Positions 9,918 to 18,633 of a stretch of DNA of 64,000 nucleotides are shown piece by piece. Position numbers and translations under genes: made by a program. The stretch spans positions 1 to 64,000 of the IMG/VR virus record IMGVR_UViG_3300043399_000524; one strand, written 5' to 3'. The notes beneath the pieces are model-generated. The model did no database searches. It saw only the letters and a program-made list of their open reading frames with translations, and was not told the DNA's origin. Positions within the stretch are counted from its first letter, which is position 1. Every line of letters starts with the position of its first letter. This stretch comes from a virus.

Positions 9918-10721
9918 ATGCCACAACGTATACTTGTCATGGGTCTTCCTGGAGCAGGAAAGACATATCTTTCACAACATATATTAGAACATCTACAAAA
10001 CAATGGTAAAAAAGTAGGTTGGCTAAATGCAGATGATGTGAGAAAAAAGTATAACGACTGGGATTTCAGCAAGGAAGGACGCATTCGCCAAAGTTTGCGT
10101 ATGCGTGAACTTGCTGATGCTATGGATCATGTTGATTTTGTAATCTGTGATTTTGTTGCACCGTTACCAGAAATGCGTAACAATTTCAAAGCAGATTGGA
10201 CTGTATGGGTCGATACCATAGATAAAGGTCGTTTTGAAGATACCAACAAAGTCTTTACGCCACCCGAAGTATATGATTTCAGAATTACTGAACAAAAATC
10301 AGAATGGTGGGGTGAGTTTATTGCTGCACACATGATTGACAATCGCAGACGTCCAGTATTTGATTGGAAAAAAGAAACAGTTCAAATGCTCGGCCGTTGG
10401 CAACCATGGCATGAAGGACATCGTGCATTATTTGATCGTGCGATTGTCAAAACTGGTCAAGTCGTGATACAAATTCGTGACTGTCAAGGATGGCAAGGTT
10501 CTAATCCTTTTGCTATTGATCAAGTTAAAAACTATATCAAACGAGATTTAGATCCTCTATATCAAGGTCAGTATGAGATTCAAGTTGTGCCAAACATTGT
10601 TGAAATTGTTTATGGTAGAGATGTAGGATATAAGATAAATAAAATAGAACTCACTGATGAAATACATCAAATATCAGCTACTAAAATCAGGGAGGAAATG
10701 AAAAACAAAGGTTTATTGTAA
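9918..10721 (+). CDS. Adenylylsulfate kinase (CysC)-like domain fused to a HIGH-family nucleotidyltransferase domain
   Basis: GLPGAGKT P-loop, LNADDVRK, DFSKEGRIRQ, VICDFVAP; C-term GRWQPWHEGH; ATG after gaggtg. Confidence 0.7.
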   Translation: MPQRILVMGLPGAGKTYLSQHILEHLQNNGKKVGWLNADDVRKKYNDWDFSKEGRIRQSLRMRELADAMDHVDFVICDFVAPLPEMRNNFKADWTVWVDTIDKGRFEDTNKVFTPPEVYDFRITEQKSEWWGEFIAAHMIDNRRRPVFDWKKETVQMLGRWQPWHEGHRALFDRAIVKTGQVVIQIRDCQGWQGSNPFAIDQVKNYIKRDLDPLYQGQYEIQVVPNIVEIVYGRDVGYKINKIELTDEIHQISATKIREEMKNKGLL

Positions 10722-11365
10722 TGTATCACTATGTTTATAAAACTACAAATAATGTAACTGGAAAAATATACATAGGAGCTCATAGTTCTAAAATACTTGA
10801 TGACGATTATCTCGGGTCCGGAAAAGCACTTAAAGATGCTATTAAAAAATACGGAAAAGAAAACTTCAGTCGTTGTATTTTAGAATTTTTTGATACAAGA
10901 GAAGAGGCATTTAAAAAAGAATCGTATCTTGTAACAGAGGACTTTATTAAAGAAGATACAAATTACAATATGTGTCCTGGAGGTTTGGGATCTACAATTA
11001 AAACAGAAGAATTTAAAAATAAAGTTTCTGAGAAACTAAAAGGTAGAGTTTTTACAGAAGAACATAGTAGAAAAAAATCTCTTGCCCAAACCGGTAGTAA
11101 AAACCATAGATATGGTAAGCCTAATCCGAACAATCCAAAATTGTCTGGTAGAGACAACGGGATGTTTAATAAAAATCATACTGAAGAAAGTAAAAAATTA
11201 ATGAGTCAGAATAGAAAACTTGTTAAAGTGGAGTATACTCCTGATCTTATTAAAAAGTTATCTTCTGCTTGTAAGGGGAAGTTATGGTATAATAATGGAA
11301 AGGTTTCTAAAAGATTTAAAGAAGGTGACCAACCGTCTGGATTTGCAAAAGGAAGACTCAGGTGA
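10721..11365 (+). CDS. Free-standing GIY-YIG (Seg-like) homing endonuclease with NUMOD3-type repeats
   Basis: YVY...YIG, YLGSG, AFKKE, YN; HTEESKKLMS. Confidence 0.85.
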   Translation: MYHYVYKTTNNVTGKIYIGAHSSKILDDDYLGSGKALKDAIKKYGKENFSRCILEFFDTREEAFKKESYLVTEDFIKEDTNYNMCPGGLGSTIKTEEFKNKVSEKLKGRVFTEEHSRKKSLAQTGSKNHRYGKPNPNNPKLSGRDNGMFNKNHTEESKKLMSQNRKLVKVEYTPDLIKKLSSACKGKLWYNNGKVSKRFKEGDQPSGFAKGRLR

Positions 11366-11586
11366 ACAAGTATCATGTAAGATTCAATACTAAACACAAT
11401 GGTAGTGATTTAGTTTGGAGAATTTTTGAAAATGGTGTTGAGCATCTGGCAACAGACGTTCGCATCGTTGGAGAAACTTACACAGAATGCACACAAGAAT
11501 ACGGTGAAACCAAATGGAATATCGCTTGCAACGGGAGGATGGTTTGGGTAAATAAAGTAGCTGTTATTGTGACTGGTAAAGATTAA
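11362..11586 (+). CDS. Hypothetical protein
   Basis: GTGA overlap with upstream gene, coherent ORF. Confidence 0.55.
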   Translation: MNKYHVRFNTKHNGSDLVWRIFENGVEHLATDVRIVGETYTECTQEYGETKWNIACNGRMVWVNKVAVIVTGKD

Positions 11587-11789
11587 TGCAAGAAACGTCA
11601 ATACGTAGTGTAACTAAGACTATTAGTTGGCGCTTGACTGGCTCAGGCGCCACCTTTCTTGTAAGCTATATTATTTCGCACGATTTTAATATGGCTAGCA
11701 CTATTGCTATAGTCCAACTCACACTCAATACCATTTTATATTATATCCATGAACGCATATGGAATAAAATAAAATGGGGTAGAAAGTAA
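11586..11789 (+). CDS. Small membrane protein, DUF2061-like
   Basis: ETxxRSxxKTISWR...LYYIHERIW pattern with two hydrophobic segments. Confidence 0.65.
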   Translation: MQETSIRSVTKTISWRLTGSGATFLVSYIISHDFNMASTIAIVQLTLNTILYYIHERIWNKIKWGRK

Positions 11790-11803
11790 TTTCTATACCA
11801 ATT

Positions 11804-11832
11804 AGGGGAACAATATCCCCTTTATTTTTTTT
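11804..11832 (+). terminator. Rho-independent terminator
   Basis: agggga-acaata-tcccct followed by a long T tract. Confidence 0.7.
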
Positions 11833-11843
11833 AAGAAAGAATT

Positions 11844-12290
11844 GTGACTAATATTTTCCAACTTAATTATGATGAAAGATTGAAAAATTGGTATTTGCTT
11901 AGAAAGACCATTGAACAATCTGATATAAAAACAAAATGCCTAGAAACGGATAAATGGTGGCAACAAGCACCATTGGTAAACCATTACTTACATCCTCATG
12001 ATTTGGATAATTGGCCCAATCCTTGGGAACTTTTGGTAGAAAACAACTATTGTACTGTTGCAAGAGCATTAGGGATGTGTTATACTTTAATACTATTAGG
12101 AATTAAAAATATTGAGTTCGTTTTGGCTAAGAATGACAGTAATGAGGATGTGGTATTAGTCCTAGTTGACAACGCAAAATATATATTGAATTACTGGCCC
12201 AACACGGTGTTAAATAACAATCTAAGCGATTTTAAAGTAGTAGAAAAAATAGATATTAAAAGAATAATAGACAAAATAGGCAAAATATGA
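11844..12290 (+). CDS. Hypothetical protein upstream of nrdA
   Basis: GTG start, ATGA-coupled to nrdA. Confidence 0.55.
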   Translation: MTNIFQLNYDERLKNWYLLRKTIEQSDIKTKCLETDKWWQQAPLVNHYLHPHDLDNWPNPWELLVENNYCTVARALGMCYTLILLGIKNIEFVLAKNDSNEDVVLVLVDNAKYILNYWPNTVLNNNLSDFKVVEKIDIKRIIDKIGKI

Positions 12291-13807
12291 TAATTAACGT
12301 AACTAAGCGATCTGGGAAAAAAGAACCACTAAATCTAGAAAAATGGCAAGCTCAAGTTGCTAAAGTATGTAAAGGTATAGCAGATGTTAGCCCTAGCATG
12401 ATAGAAATAAAATCCCAACTACACTTTTACGATGGTATTACTACAAAAGAAATTGACGAAATAACATTGAGGGCAATTGTTGACCTAATAGATGTTGAAT
12501 CTAATCCAGAAATCGGACATACAAACTATCAATATGTAGCTGGTAAACAACGTATCAGTATGTTACGCAAAGACGTTTACGGGGACTATGAACCCCCTAG
12601 ATTGTATGAAATTGTAAAAACAAATATAGCGACTGGACTATACACCCCCGAACTATTAGAATGGTATACAGAAGAAGAATGGGATAAAATGGATGATATT
12701 CTTGACCATTCCAAAGATGAACAATATAGTTATGCTGCTATTGAGCAACTGATTGAAAAATATCTTGTTCGGAACCGTTCAACAAAACAAACATACGAAA
12801 CTCCACAAGTTCGCTATATGGTAGCCGCCGCTACTGTTATGCACAAGGAAGAGCCACAGTCGGCTCGTATGCGCCTAATTAAGGAATATTACAATGCAGC
12901 GTCTGATGGTCTATTTACTCTCGCTACTCCTGTTCTTGCTGGCCTTGGTACTCCCACCAAGCAATTTTCATCCTGTGTTCTTATTCGCAGCGACGATGAC
13001 CTTGATAGTATTTTTGCTAGTGGCGAAATGATGGCCAAGTATGCTAGCAAACGTGCTGGCATTGGACTTGAGATTGGTCGTTTACGTTCACTAGGTAGTC
13101 CGATTCGTGGTGGCGAAATCATGCACACCGGCATGATTCCCTTCTTAAAGAAATGGTTCGGTGATTTACGCAGTTGTTCACAAGGTGGTATTCGTAATGC
13201 TAGTGCTACAGTTTTCTATCCCATATGGCATCATCAATTTGATGACCTTATTGTTCTCAAAAACAATCAAGGAACAGAAGAAACTAGAGTCAGACACATG
13301 GATTACGGTGTTGTGCTTTCTGCATTCTTTTGGAGAAGATTCAAAAATAAAGAGAATATTACCTTCTTTGACCCTAACGAAGTTCCAGACTTATACGAAG
13401 CCTTCTATTCTAATACAGCGTTGTTCGAAGAACTATATGTTAAGTATGAAAAAAATAAGAGCCTCAGAAAAAAGGTTATGTCTGCGGAGGAAGTATTCAA
13501 AAGCGGCATCTTAAAAGAAAGAACGGATACCGGACGTATCTATCTAGTGTTCATTGATAATGTAATGAACCAAGGACCATTCGATCCTGAGTACCACACG
13601 ATTTACCAGTCAAATTTATGTTGCGAGATCCTACTTCCGACAGTTCCGTTTAAGTCATTAGATGATGAAGGCGAGTTCAAGTTGAATTTAGATGATGGTA
13701 CAGAAATAACTTTACCCGGACAGCATAAAGTGCTATTATCTAATGGAGAGAAAAAGAAAGTAAGAGAATTGACGGAAGAAGATGATATACAGGATTTGAT
13801 GATATGA
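12287..13807 (+). CDS. nrdA: Class Ia ribonucleotide reductase large subunit, N-terminal piece, ending in a 43-aa non-RNR tail
   Basis: ATP cone (VTKRSG), QFSSCVL, YQSNLCCEILLP (radical Cys/Glu); RNR similarity stops at DDEGE (13675). Confidence 0.9.
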   Translation: MIINVTKRSGKKEPLNLEKWQAQVAKVCKGIADVSPSMIEIKSQLHFYDGITTKEIDEITLRAIVDLIDVESNPEIGHTNYQYVAGKQRISMLRKDVYGDYEPPRLYEIVKTNIATGLYTPELLEWYTEEEWDKMDDILDHSKDEQYSYAAIEQLIEKYLVRNRSTKQTYETPQVRYMVAAATVMHKEEPQSARMRLIKEYYNAASDGLFTLATPVLAGLGTPTKQFSSCVLIRSDDDLDSIFASGEMMAKYASKRAGIGLEIGRLRSLGSPIRGGEIMHTGMIPFLKKWFGDLRSCSQGGIRNASATVFYPIWHHQFDDLIVLKNNQGTEETRVRHMDYGVVLSAFFWRRFKNKENITFFDPNEVPDLYEAFYSNTALFEELYVKYEKNKSLRKKVMSAEEVFKSGILKERTDTGRIYLVFIDNVMNQGPFDPEYHTIYQSNLCCEILLPTVPFKSLDDEGEFKLNLDDGTEITLPGQHKVLLSNGEKKKVRELTEEDDIQDLMI

Positions 13808-14511
13808 CACAAGCATTCGTTTATGTTTGGAAAAACACAAAATCTTTAAGGTGGTATCTAGGATCACATACTAGAAAAAATTGTCATCCAAATAATGGAT
13901 ATATTTGTTCTAGTAAAATAGTAAAACCATTAATAAAACAAAACCCTGAAGAATGGCAAAGAACAATTTTGGCAATCGGAACTCCTAGTGAAATGCTAGC
14001 TTTAGAGGCTGAATTATTAGAAATGTTAGATGCAAAGCATGATGTGCGAAGTTTTAATATGCATAATGGAGATGGCAAATTCACAACATTGGGTATTAGT
14101 TTTATCCCAGTTAACAAAGGCAAACCTAGTCCAAGAAGAGGATTACCTAATCCGGGTGTTTCTATTGCCCTTAAAGGAAAAGCACCCCATAATAAAGGAA
14201 AGCCTAGCCCAAGAAAAGGGGTACCAAATGAAAAAACAAGCATTAAATTAAAAGGTAAAAAACAACCAACAGTTTGCAGAATTATTGACCAACAGGAAAT
14301 GAGTGTATCAAATTTTCTTAAATGGTGCAAAAATGAAGATTTTCCTAACCTAAAGTTAAAGAAAAGCACAAACATGTCTGTTGCCAAAAAAGGAGTGCTA
14401 ATGCGAAAAGTGGCATGTCCGCATTGTAATAAAATAGGTGGCGTAAGCAGAATGAAACAATACCATTTTGATAATTGTAAATCACTGAAGGAAGAATATG
14501 AAAATAATTAA
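13804..14511 (+). CDS. GIY-YIG homing endonuclease lying between the two nrdA pieces
   Basis: FVY...YLG, LALEAE, FNMHN; NKGKPSP repeats; C-term CPHC...DNC. Confidence 0.8.
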   Translation: MTQAFVYVWKNTKSLRWYLGSHTRKNCHPNNGYICSSKIVKPLIKQNPEEWQRTILAIGTPSEMLALEAELLEMLDAKHDVRSFNMHNGDGKFTTLGISFIPVNKGKPSPRRGLPNPGVSIALKGKAPHNKGKPSPRKGVPNEKTSIKLKGKKQPTVCRIIDQQEMSVSNFLKWCKNEDFPNLKLKKSTNMSVAKKGVLMRKVACPHCNKIGGVSRMKQYHFDNCKSLKEEYENN

Positions 14512-15469
14512 AAAAGAGTGTGTTAGAAAAGTACCAAAAATTGCACTGTGTACGCTGGGGAGTATAAATTGGGGAAGTTTTAGACACCCAGAAGATATGC
14601 GTAGGGCTTGCCGTATACTTCACCGTAGTCTTAACAATATCCTCGATTACCAAGATTTCTTGAGTATTCAGAGTAAACTATCTAATGATGAAATTCGTCC
14701 GTTAGGTATTGGTGTCACTAATTTAGCATACTGGCATGCAAAGCGTGGTTATAAGTATGGCGAAAAAGATGCACTACAGGATGTTAAGACATGGATGGAA
14801 CATCAAGCATACTATCTAACAGAAGCTAGTGTTGAATTGGCACAAGAAAGAGGCCGTTGCGTAGATAGTGACAATACATATTACGGTAAAGGCATATTCC
14901 CTTGGGAACGTAGAGCAAACGGTGTTAACGAACTTGCCAATTTTACACCAGAATTAAATTGGGAAGGTTTACGTGCTAATATGAGGGCATACGGAGTACG
15001 CAACGCTACACAAATGGCTATTGCTCCTGTTGAATCTAGTAGTGTTGTTATCAACTCCACAAATGGCATTGAAATGCCAATGAGTTTGATTACAGTGAAA
15101 GAAAGTAAAGCAGGAAGTTTTACCCAAGTTGTGCCTGAATATCATAAACTGAAAAATAAGTACCAGCTGATGTGGGAACAGAAAGATTGCGATGGATATT
15201 TGAAAACGGCAGCAGTATTGCAAGCATATGTTGACCAAAGTATAAGTACAAATACTTTTTATAATCCTGCACACTTTGAAGGTCGTAAAGTACCTACGAC
15301 ATTGATTGCCAAAAATCTAATGCAATCGCAAATGTGGGGTATTAAGACATTCTATTATAGCTTGATTAACAAGCAAGGTGCCAAGGCTCAAGACGAGCAA
15401 GAGATACCACTAATGATTACACAAGAAGAAGATTTTGATGATGCTGATTGCGAAGCATGTAAGCTCTAA
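14498..15469 (+). CDS. nrdA: Class Ia ribonucleotide reductase large subunit, C-terminal piece with 14-aa N-terminal extension
   Basis: IALCTLGSIN, RPLGIG, APVESSS, DQSISTN, TFYY tyrosine pair, terminal CEACKL; SD gaaggaag at 14487-14494. Confidence 0.9.
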   Translation: MKIIKKECVRKVPKIALCTLGSINWGSFRHPEDMRRACRILHRSLNNILDYQDFLSIQSKLSNDEIRPLGIGVTNLAYWHAKRGYKYGEKDALQDVKTWMEHQAYYLTEASVELAQERGRCVDSDNTYYGKGIFPWERRANGVNELANFTPELNWEGLRANMRAYGVRNATQMAIAPVESSSVVINSTNGIEMPMSLITVKESKAGSFTQVVPEYHKLKNKYQLMWEQKDCDGYLKTAAVLQAYVDQSISTNTFYNPAHFEGRKVPTTLIAKNLMQSQMWGIKTFYYSLINKQGAKAQDEQEIPLMITQEEDFDDADCEACKL

Positions 15470-15477
15470 GGAATAAC

Positions 15478-16578
15478 ATGTCCAAACAACAATATAATTT
15501 AAACACAAAGACAGACTATCTACAACGTAAAATGTTCTTAGACCCACAGGGTCCTGTAACTATTCAGCGTTTTGAAGAAGTAAAATATAAAAAGGTTGCT
15601 GACTTTGAACAAACAGCACGAGGATTCTTTTGGGTTCCAGAAGAAATTTCTCTGACCAAAGATGCAAACGACTTTAAAGAAGCCAGTGATACAGTTAAGC
15701 ATATCTTTACTAGCAACCTATTGCGACAAACAGCATTAGATTCTTTGCAAGGGCGTGGCCCCAGTCAAATCTTTACACCTGTTGTAAGTTTGCCTGAACT
15801 AGAAGCATTGGTGTATAATTGGACATTCTTTGAAACTAATATCCACAGTCGCAGCTATAGCCATATCATTCGTAACATCTACAACGTGCCTAAGGAAGTA
15901 TTCAACACTATCCATGACACTAAAGAGATTGTTGAAATGGCAAGTAGTGTTGGTAAGTATTATGATGATTTGCACCAAATTAATTGCCGCAAAGAAATGG
16001 GCGAGAATATTAAAGAAGCAGACCACATCAAAGCAATTTGGTTAGCATTGCATGCCAGCTATGCACTAGAAGCCTTCCGTTTCATGGTATCATTTGCTAC
16101 AAGTTTGGCAATGGTAGAAAACAAAATCTTTATTGGTAACGGTAATATTATTAGTTTAATTCTACAAGACGAACTATTACATAAAGGTTGGACTGCATTC
16201 TTAATTAACCAAGTTGTTAAAGAAGATCCTCGATTTGCTAAAGTTGCAGAAGAAACTAAAGACGAAGTTTACAAGATTTACTTAGATGTTATCCGTGAAG
16301 AAAAAGCATGGGCTGATTATCTATTCAAGTTCGGTCCTGTTATTGGATTAAACGCAACAGTATTAAAAGATTTTGTTGACTATACAGCAGCAGGTGCATT
16401 AAAAGAAATCGGCATTAAATATAGTGAACCACATCCAAAGAGTACTCCTATTCCTTGGTTCAACAAACATTCTGATACTAGCAAGAAACAAACAGCACTA
16501 CAAGAAAACGAATCTACAAACTATGTCATTGGTGTTATGAGCGATGCGATTGACTACGATGAACTACCGAATTTATAA
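15478..16578 (+). CDS. nrdB: Ribonucleotide reductase small subunit
   Basis: FFWVPEE, FETNIHSRSY radical Tyr, LEAFRF, QDELLH iron ligands. Confidence 0.95.
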   Translation: MSKQQYNLNTKTDYLQRKMFLDPQGPVTIQRFEEVKYKKVADFEQTARGFFWVPEEISLTKDANDFKEASDTVKHIFTSNLLRQTALDSLQGRGPSQIFTPVVSLPELEALVYNWTFFETNIHSRSYSHIIRNIYNVPKEVFNTIHDTKEIVEMASSVGKYYDDLHQINCRKEMGENIKEADHIKAIWLALHASYALEAFRFMVSFATSLAMVENKIFIGNGNIISLILQDELLHKGWTAFLINQVVKEDPRFAKVAEETKDEVYKIYLDVIREEKAWADYLFKFGPVIGLNATVLKDFVDYTAAGALKEIGIKYSEPHPKSTPIPWFNKHSDTSKKQTALQENESTNYVIGVMSDAIDYDELPNL

Positions 16579-16590
16579 TAAGGAAACTAA

Positions 16591-17799
16591 ATGAAAAAAC
16601 GCAACTACACACAGGACACAGTGAAGAAGTTACAAGGATCTGTGCAAATCGAGCATACATTAGCAAAACTGGGTGCTGAGAAACTACGCCGTTTGTTGGC
16701 GACTGAGCCTTATGTCAATACATTGGGTGCATACAACGGGCAGCAAGCAGTTCAACATGCTAAAGCAGGACTAAAAGCAATTTATCTAAGTGGTTGGCAA
16801 GTAGCAGCCGCAAACAACACACAGAATACAACATATCCAGATCAATCTCTATATCCAGTAGATAGTGTTCCCCGTGTAGTTAAAGGTATAAACAACGCAT
16901 TCCGTCGTGCAGACCAAATCGAACACAGCGAAGGTCAAGTAACAACTGATTATTTCTTGCCTATCGTTGCTGATGCAGAAGCAGGATTTGGTGGCGCATT
17001 AAACGCATACGAGTTAATGAGTCATATGATTGAAGCAGGTGCAGCAGGTGTTCACTTTGAAGACCAACTTGCTAGTGAGAAAAAATGCGGTCATTTGGGA
17101 GGAAAAGTATTAGTCCCTACAAGTCAAATGATTCGCACATTAAATGCAGCACGACTAGCTGCCGATGTTGCGGGGGTTGATACTGTTATAATGGCACGAA
17201 CAGATGCTGAATCAGCTACACTAATTACTAGTGACCACGATTCATTAGACAAGGACTTTATTATAAATGAAAGAACAGAAGAAGGTTTTTACAAATTCAA
17301 AAATGGCATTGACGCTTGCATCGCTAGGGGTCTTGCTTATGCTCCCTACGCTGATTTACTATGGTTTGAAACATCAACACCTGATATCAAACAAGCCAAA
17401 AAGTTTGCCGACGCAATACACGCACAATACCCTGACCAAATGTTGGCCTATAACTGCTCCCCCAGTTTCAATTGGCGTAAATTCTTGTCAGTCGAAGAAT
17501 GTGAAACTTTCCAACGTGAACTAGGTGCTCTGGGTTATAAGTTCCAATTCATTACACTTGCGGGCTTTCATAGTGTAAACTTAGCTACTTTTGAATTAGC
17601 AGAAGCATATAAACAAAGAGGTATGGCTGGGTATAGCGAAATGCAAGAGCGTGAATTTGCCGCACAAGATCGCGGATTCACTACAGTTAAACATCAACGT
17701 GAAGTTGGTGTTGGTTATTTTGATTTAATTAGCGAAGCAGTCGGGTCTAAGTCAACTACTGCACTAAATACCAGTACAGAGTCAGACCAATTTCATTAA
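16591..17799 (+). CDS. aceA: Isocitrate lyase
   Basis: [54 protein letters not shown]. Confidence 0.95.
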   Translation: MKKRNYTQDTVKKLQGSVQIEHTLAKLGAEKLRRLLATEPYVNTLGAYNGQQAVQHAKAGLKAIYLSGWQVAAANNTQNTTYPDQSLYPVDSVPRVVKGINNAFRRADQIEHSEGQVTTDYFLPIVADAEAGFGGALNAYELMSHMIEAGAAGVHFEDQLASEKKCGHLGGKVLVPTSQMIRTLNAARLAADVAGVDTVIMARTDAESATLITSDHDSLDKDFIINERTEEGFYKFKNGIDACIARGLAYAPYADLLWFETSTPDIKQAKKFADAIHAQYPDQMLAYNCSPSFNWRKFLSVEECETFQRELGALGYKFQFITLAGFHSVNLATFELAEAYKQRGMAGYSEMQEREFAAQDRGFTTVKHQREVGVGYFDLISEAVGSKSTTALNTSTESDQFH

Positions 17800-17817
17800 A
17801 ATACAAGGAGAATAAAA

Positions 17818-18048
17818 ATGAAAGCTATAGTATGGAGTAAATATCACTGCCCTTATTGTGACCAGGCAAAAGCATTACTACAACAAAAGGGAATTCAATT
17901 CGAAGAACGTAAGATCGGTGACGGATGGACTAAAGAAGAATTATTAGAAGCAATTCCTACAGCACGTACAGTCCCACAAATTCTATTAGACGACCAATTG
18001 ATTGGTGGATTTAATGAACTTAAACAACATTTTTTAAAGGCAGCATAA
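17818..18048 (+). CDS. Glutaredoxin
   Basis: CPYC, TVPQI, IGG. Confidence 0.9.
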   Translation: MKAIVWSKYHCPYCDQAKALLQQKGIQFEERKIGDGWTKEELLEAIPTARTVPQILLDDQLIGGFNELKQHFLKAA

Positions 18049-18347
18049 TGGCATTAACAATAGGAAAGGTTTATACTTTCAAATTAAACAGTGGAGAAGA
18101 ATTAGTTGCAAAAATTACTGATTCTACAGATGATACTATAAGCGTTTCAGAACCAGTATCTGTTGCTCCTGGTCCACAGGGTATGGGTCTAGTACCTAGT
18201 CTTTTTACCGCAGATTTAGGTCAATCTGTGACGATAAATACTAATAGTATTGCTATGTATTGCGAAACTGATGATTCAGTTAGAATGAAATACGTAGAAG
18301 CAACAACAGGTATTAAAGTACCTGACAAAAAGATTATAATGGGATAA
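18048..18347 (+). CDS. Hypothetical protein, possible Sm-like fold
   Basis: KLNSGEELVAK beta-rich pattern. Confidence 0.5.
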   Translation: MALTIGKVYTFKLNSGEELVAKITDSTDDTISVSEPVSVAPGPQGMGLVPSLFTADLGQSVTINTNSIAMYCETDDSVRMKYVEATTGIKVPDKKIIMG

Positions 18348-18348
18348 A

Positions 18349-18633
18349 ATGCCTAATTTGTGTAGAGTTGGTGATATAAATCAAACCGGTGGCGCCATCA
18401 TAGGTGGTGCTAGCACCGTTTTTGCCAATGGACTAAAAGTAGGACAACTCGGTAACCAACTCACCCCACACGCCCCGTGGAGCAAAAAAGCACACCCGCC
18501 GCACCGTAAAGCAACTGTTACCAGTGGAAGCCCCACAGTTTTCGCCGATGGCATCGCAGTTGCAAGAGTAACATCAAGTAATAGCTGTGGACATAGTATG
18601 GCTCAAGGTAGCCCGGATGTATTTGTAGAATGA
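18349..18633 (+). CDS. PAAR-domain tail spike tip protein
   Basis: CRVGD, GSPTVFADGIAVAR, CGH, GSPDVF. Confidence 0.85.
   Translation: MPNLCRVGDINQTGGAIIGGASTVFANGLKVGQLGNQLTPHAPWSKKAHPPHRKATVTSGSPTVFADGIAVARVTSSNSCGHSMAQGSPDVFVE

Noticed and set aside
13676-14539. Group I intron interrupting nrdA
   Set aside because: Exon boundaries (gag|...|att) lack the U-end and terminal G, nearly all of the interval is coding, no P7-like core is visible, and the downstream piece has its own SD and ATG
13676-14539. Functional split intein
   Set aside because: No N-terminal Cys/Ser at the junction and no His-Asn-Cys/Ser/Thr end; only remnant-like segments remain
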